DNA of 63,503 nt, the filler included, from Collodictyon triciliatum (lineage: Eukaryota), in assembly GCA_043381765.1 (NCBI GenBank). It is 8 parts of 8 records of this genome, joined end to end, with 100 filler letters (N's around TTAATTAATTAA, not from the genome) between each part and the next. Parts side by side here need not be neighbours in the genome. Positions count along the whole stretch, not along the records: positions 58,857 to 62,270 come from JBHJMP010000854.1; positions 62,371 to 63,503 come from JBHJMP010000991.1; 6 more parts are not named here. One strand, 5' to 3'. The notes under the pieces were generated by a model. It was not told the DNA's origin. It ran no database searches and saw only the letters and a program-made list of their open reading frames with translations. Shown here one piece after another: positions 62,100 through 63,503 of this stretch. Positions within the stretch are counted from its first letter, which is position 1, and each line of letters begins with the position of its first letter. A program made the translations under genes and the position numbers.

Positions 62100-62499
62100 C
62101 TTTGCAGCTGGTTCTGACAACATAGATGCAGTGGGGATAACAAAGAAATCAAAAAAAATGAATATGCATTCTATTATCATAGATTTACATATAACAGAGA
62201 AATTTGTTCAGCAAAAAAAAAAAAAAAAAAATAAAAAAAAAAAAAGGATAAAAAATAAATAAATATAAACNNNNNNNNNNNNNNNNNNNNNNNNNNNNNN
62301 NNNNNNNNNNNNNNTTAATTAATTAANNNNNNNNNNNNNNNNNNNNNNNNNNNNNNNNNNNNNNNNNNNNGAGAAAAAAAAAAAGGGAGGCGTTACATAT
62401 GTGTTTTTTTATATATATACTAATAAATCATCGGTATGAGCGTTTATTTATTTATTTTGTGAAATACACCATGCTGACATCATAAAAATTTTCCTGTCT

Positions 62500-62564
<65 letters not shown>

Positions 62565-62574
62565 AATCATAAAG

Positions 62575-62679
62575 AGCTTCAAGAGAGACGTCGAAGAGTA
62601 CCGGCAGCTGCATGAGAGGCTCCAAGAAAAGAAACAGAGAATTGAATCATCAGACGCTTCTTTGCCAAACGCTCGGTGA
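62575..62679 (+). CDS. Probable 3'-terminal coding exon of an unidentified gene (coiled-coil-like)
   Basis: Acceptor ATAAAG after an (ATCT)n tract, then SFKRDVEEYRQLHERLQEKKQRIESSDASLPNAR*. Confidence 0.45.
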   Translation, partial: SFKRDVEEYRQLHERLQEKKQRIESSDASLPNAR

Positions 62680-63404
62680 CATCGTGTCAATAAAGAGCCA
62701 TCGTCGTCGATTCATACCATCCCACTTCTCTGCCACGCAAATCTCCCTCTGCCTTCTGGAATGAAAATGTGCGGGTGAATCCAATCTCTGAAAGAATCCA
62801 TTGCTGTTTGCTTAAATCACTCGTTTTTGCAAAATAATAACAACAGTCATTGTTTATTTATTTGTTTTGTTAATTGATTGGTTGGTTGGTTGGTTGGTTT
62901 CCATTTATTCTGGAGTAGTATTCTTTCGAAAAGCACGCTATTGGTAGATTACAAAAAAAAATGTTGAGTTTTTTTTTTAACTCTTTTTTTTTTTTTGGAG
63001 CTGCCATCACGGTCTATGGCAACACCATTTTGAAGAGATATATTCAAGGCAGGGAAATTGATTGTATAATAAAGGGACACAGAAAAATGGTTGAATAAGA
63101 TAAAGTGAGCAGGGTGATGGATTCGCCCCCAGAAACATAAGAAAAAAAAAGCAAAAACAAAACAAAGAAAAATGCACTGCTCAAGAGAACAGAGAAAGCA
63201 AAGCCGCTCCAGTATGCGACACAAAGGCAATATACACGCGGACAACCTTCTCAGTCTGTGCAACCATCGTCTCGCCTGCAATCGCGAATGAATGAGCAAA
63301 TTGATGTGTGTGGCATCGGTCGGTGGTGGAAGGGATGGTAGCGGCGATAGATGTTGCTCAGTGTTATTTTGGGCTTGTGAGAAGAATAATATATCCAAAA
63401 GAGC

Positions 63405-63503
63405 AAAGAGAGTAAAGAGAGTAAAGAGAGTAAAGAGAGTAAAGAGAGTAAAGAGAGTAAAGAGAGTAAAGAGAGTAAAGAGAGTAAAGAGAGTAAAGAG
63501 AGT
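63405..63503 (+). repeat. Nonamer tandem array (GTAAAGAGA)n running off the window end
   Basis: Read directly from the sequence; period 9. Confidence 0.95.

Noticed and set aside
62690-63400. Possible minus-strand exons at the window end
   Set aside because: Several frames look plausible, but I found no consistent splice model or recognisable motif.

Overview
Eukaryotic (protist-like) genomic DNA with dense, intron-rich genes, GT-AG introns and the standard genetic code (TAA, TAG and TGA all end recognisable genes). The window is eight contig pieces joined by seven artificial 100-nt spacers (N44-TTAATTAATTAA-N44), and several joins are probably not true neighbours. Manual splicing recovers a BCAS3/ATG18f-h-like gene (partial), an unknown tail-anchored protein, XRCC3, a secreted bacterial-type V8-like serine protease, a PAP2 pseudophosphatase, mitochondrial uS5, ORC2, Mdm34 (partial), a decayed L1/Tx1-type LINE, EngB/YihA GTPase (partial), a Par3/HAL-N + 7xSH3 + EF-hand-like protein, MCM10, a Cys-type sulfatase, SEL1L/Hrd3, Mpv17/PMP22, a CELF/ELAV RRM protein (partial) and midasin (partial). 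The most notable observations are: (i) a bacterial-type formylglycine sulfatase with no signal peptide but a C-terminal tail anchor; (ii) two copies of a short retroposon, each with a perfect 16-bp target-site duplication, one nested inside the LINE RT; (iii) the 7xSH3 architecture; (iv) the PAP2 pseudoenzyme; (v) AAG splice acceptors preceded by poly-A instead of a pyrimidine tract. All family calls come from motif recognition by eye; no database search was run.
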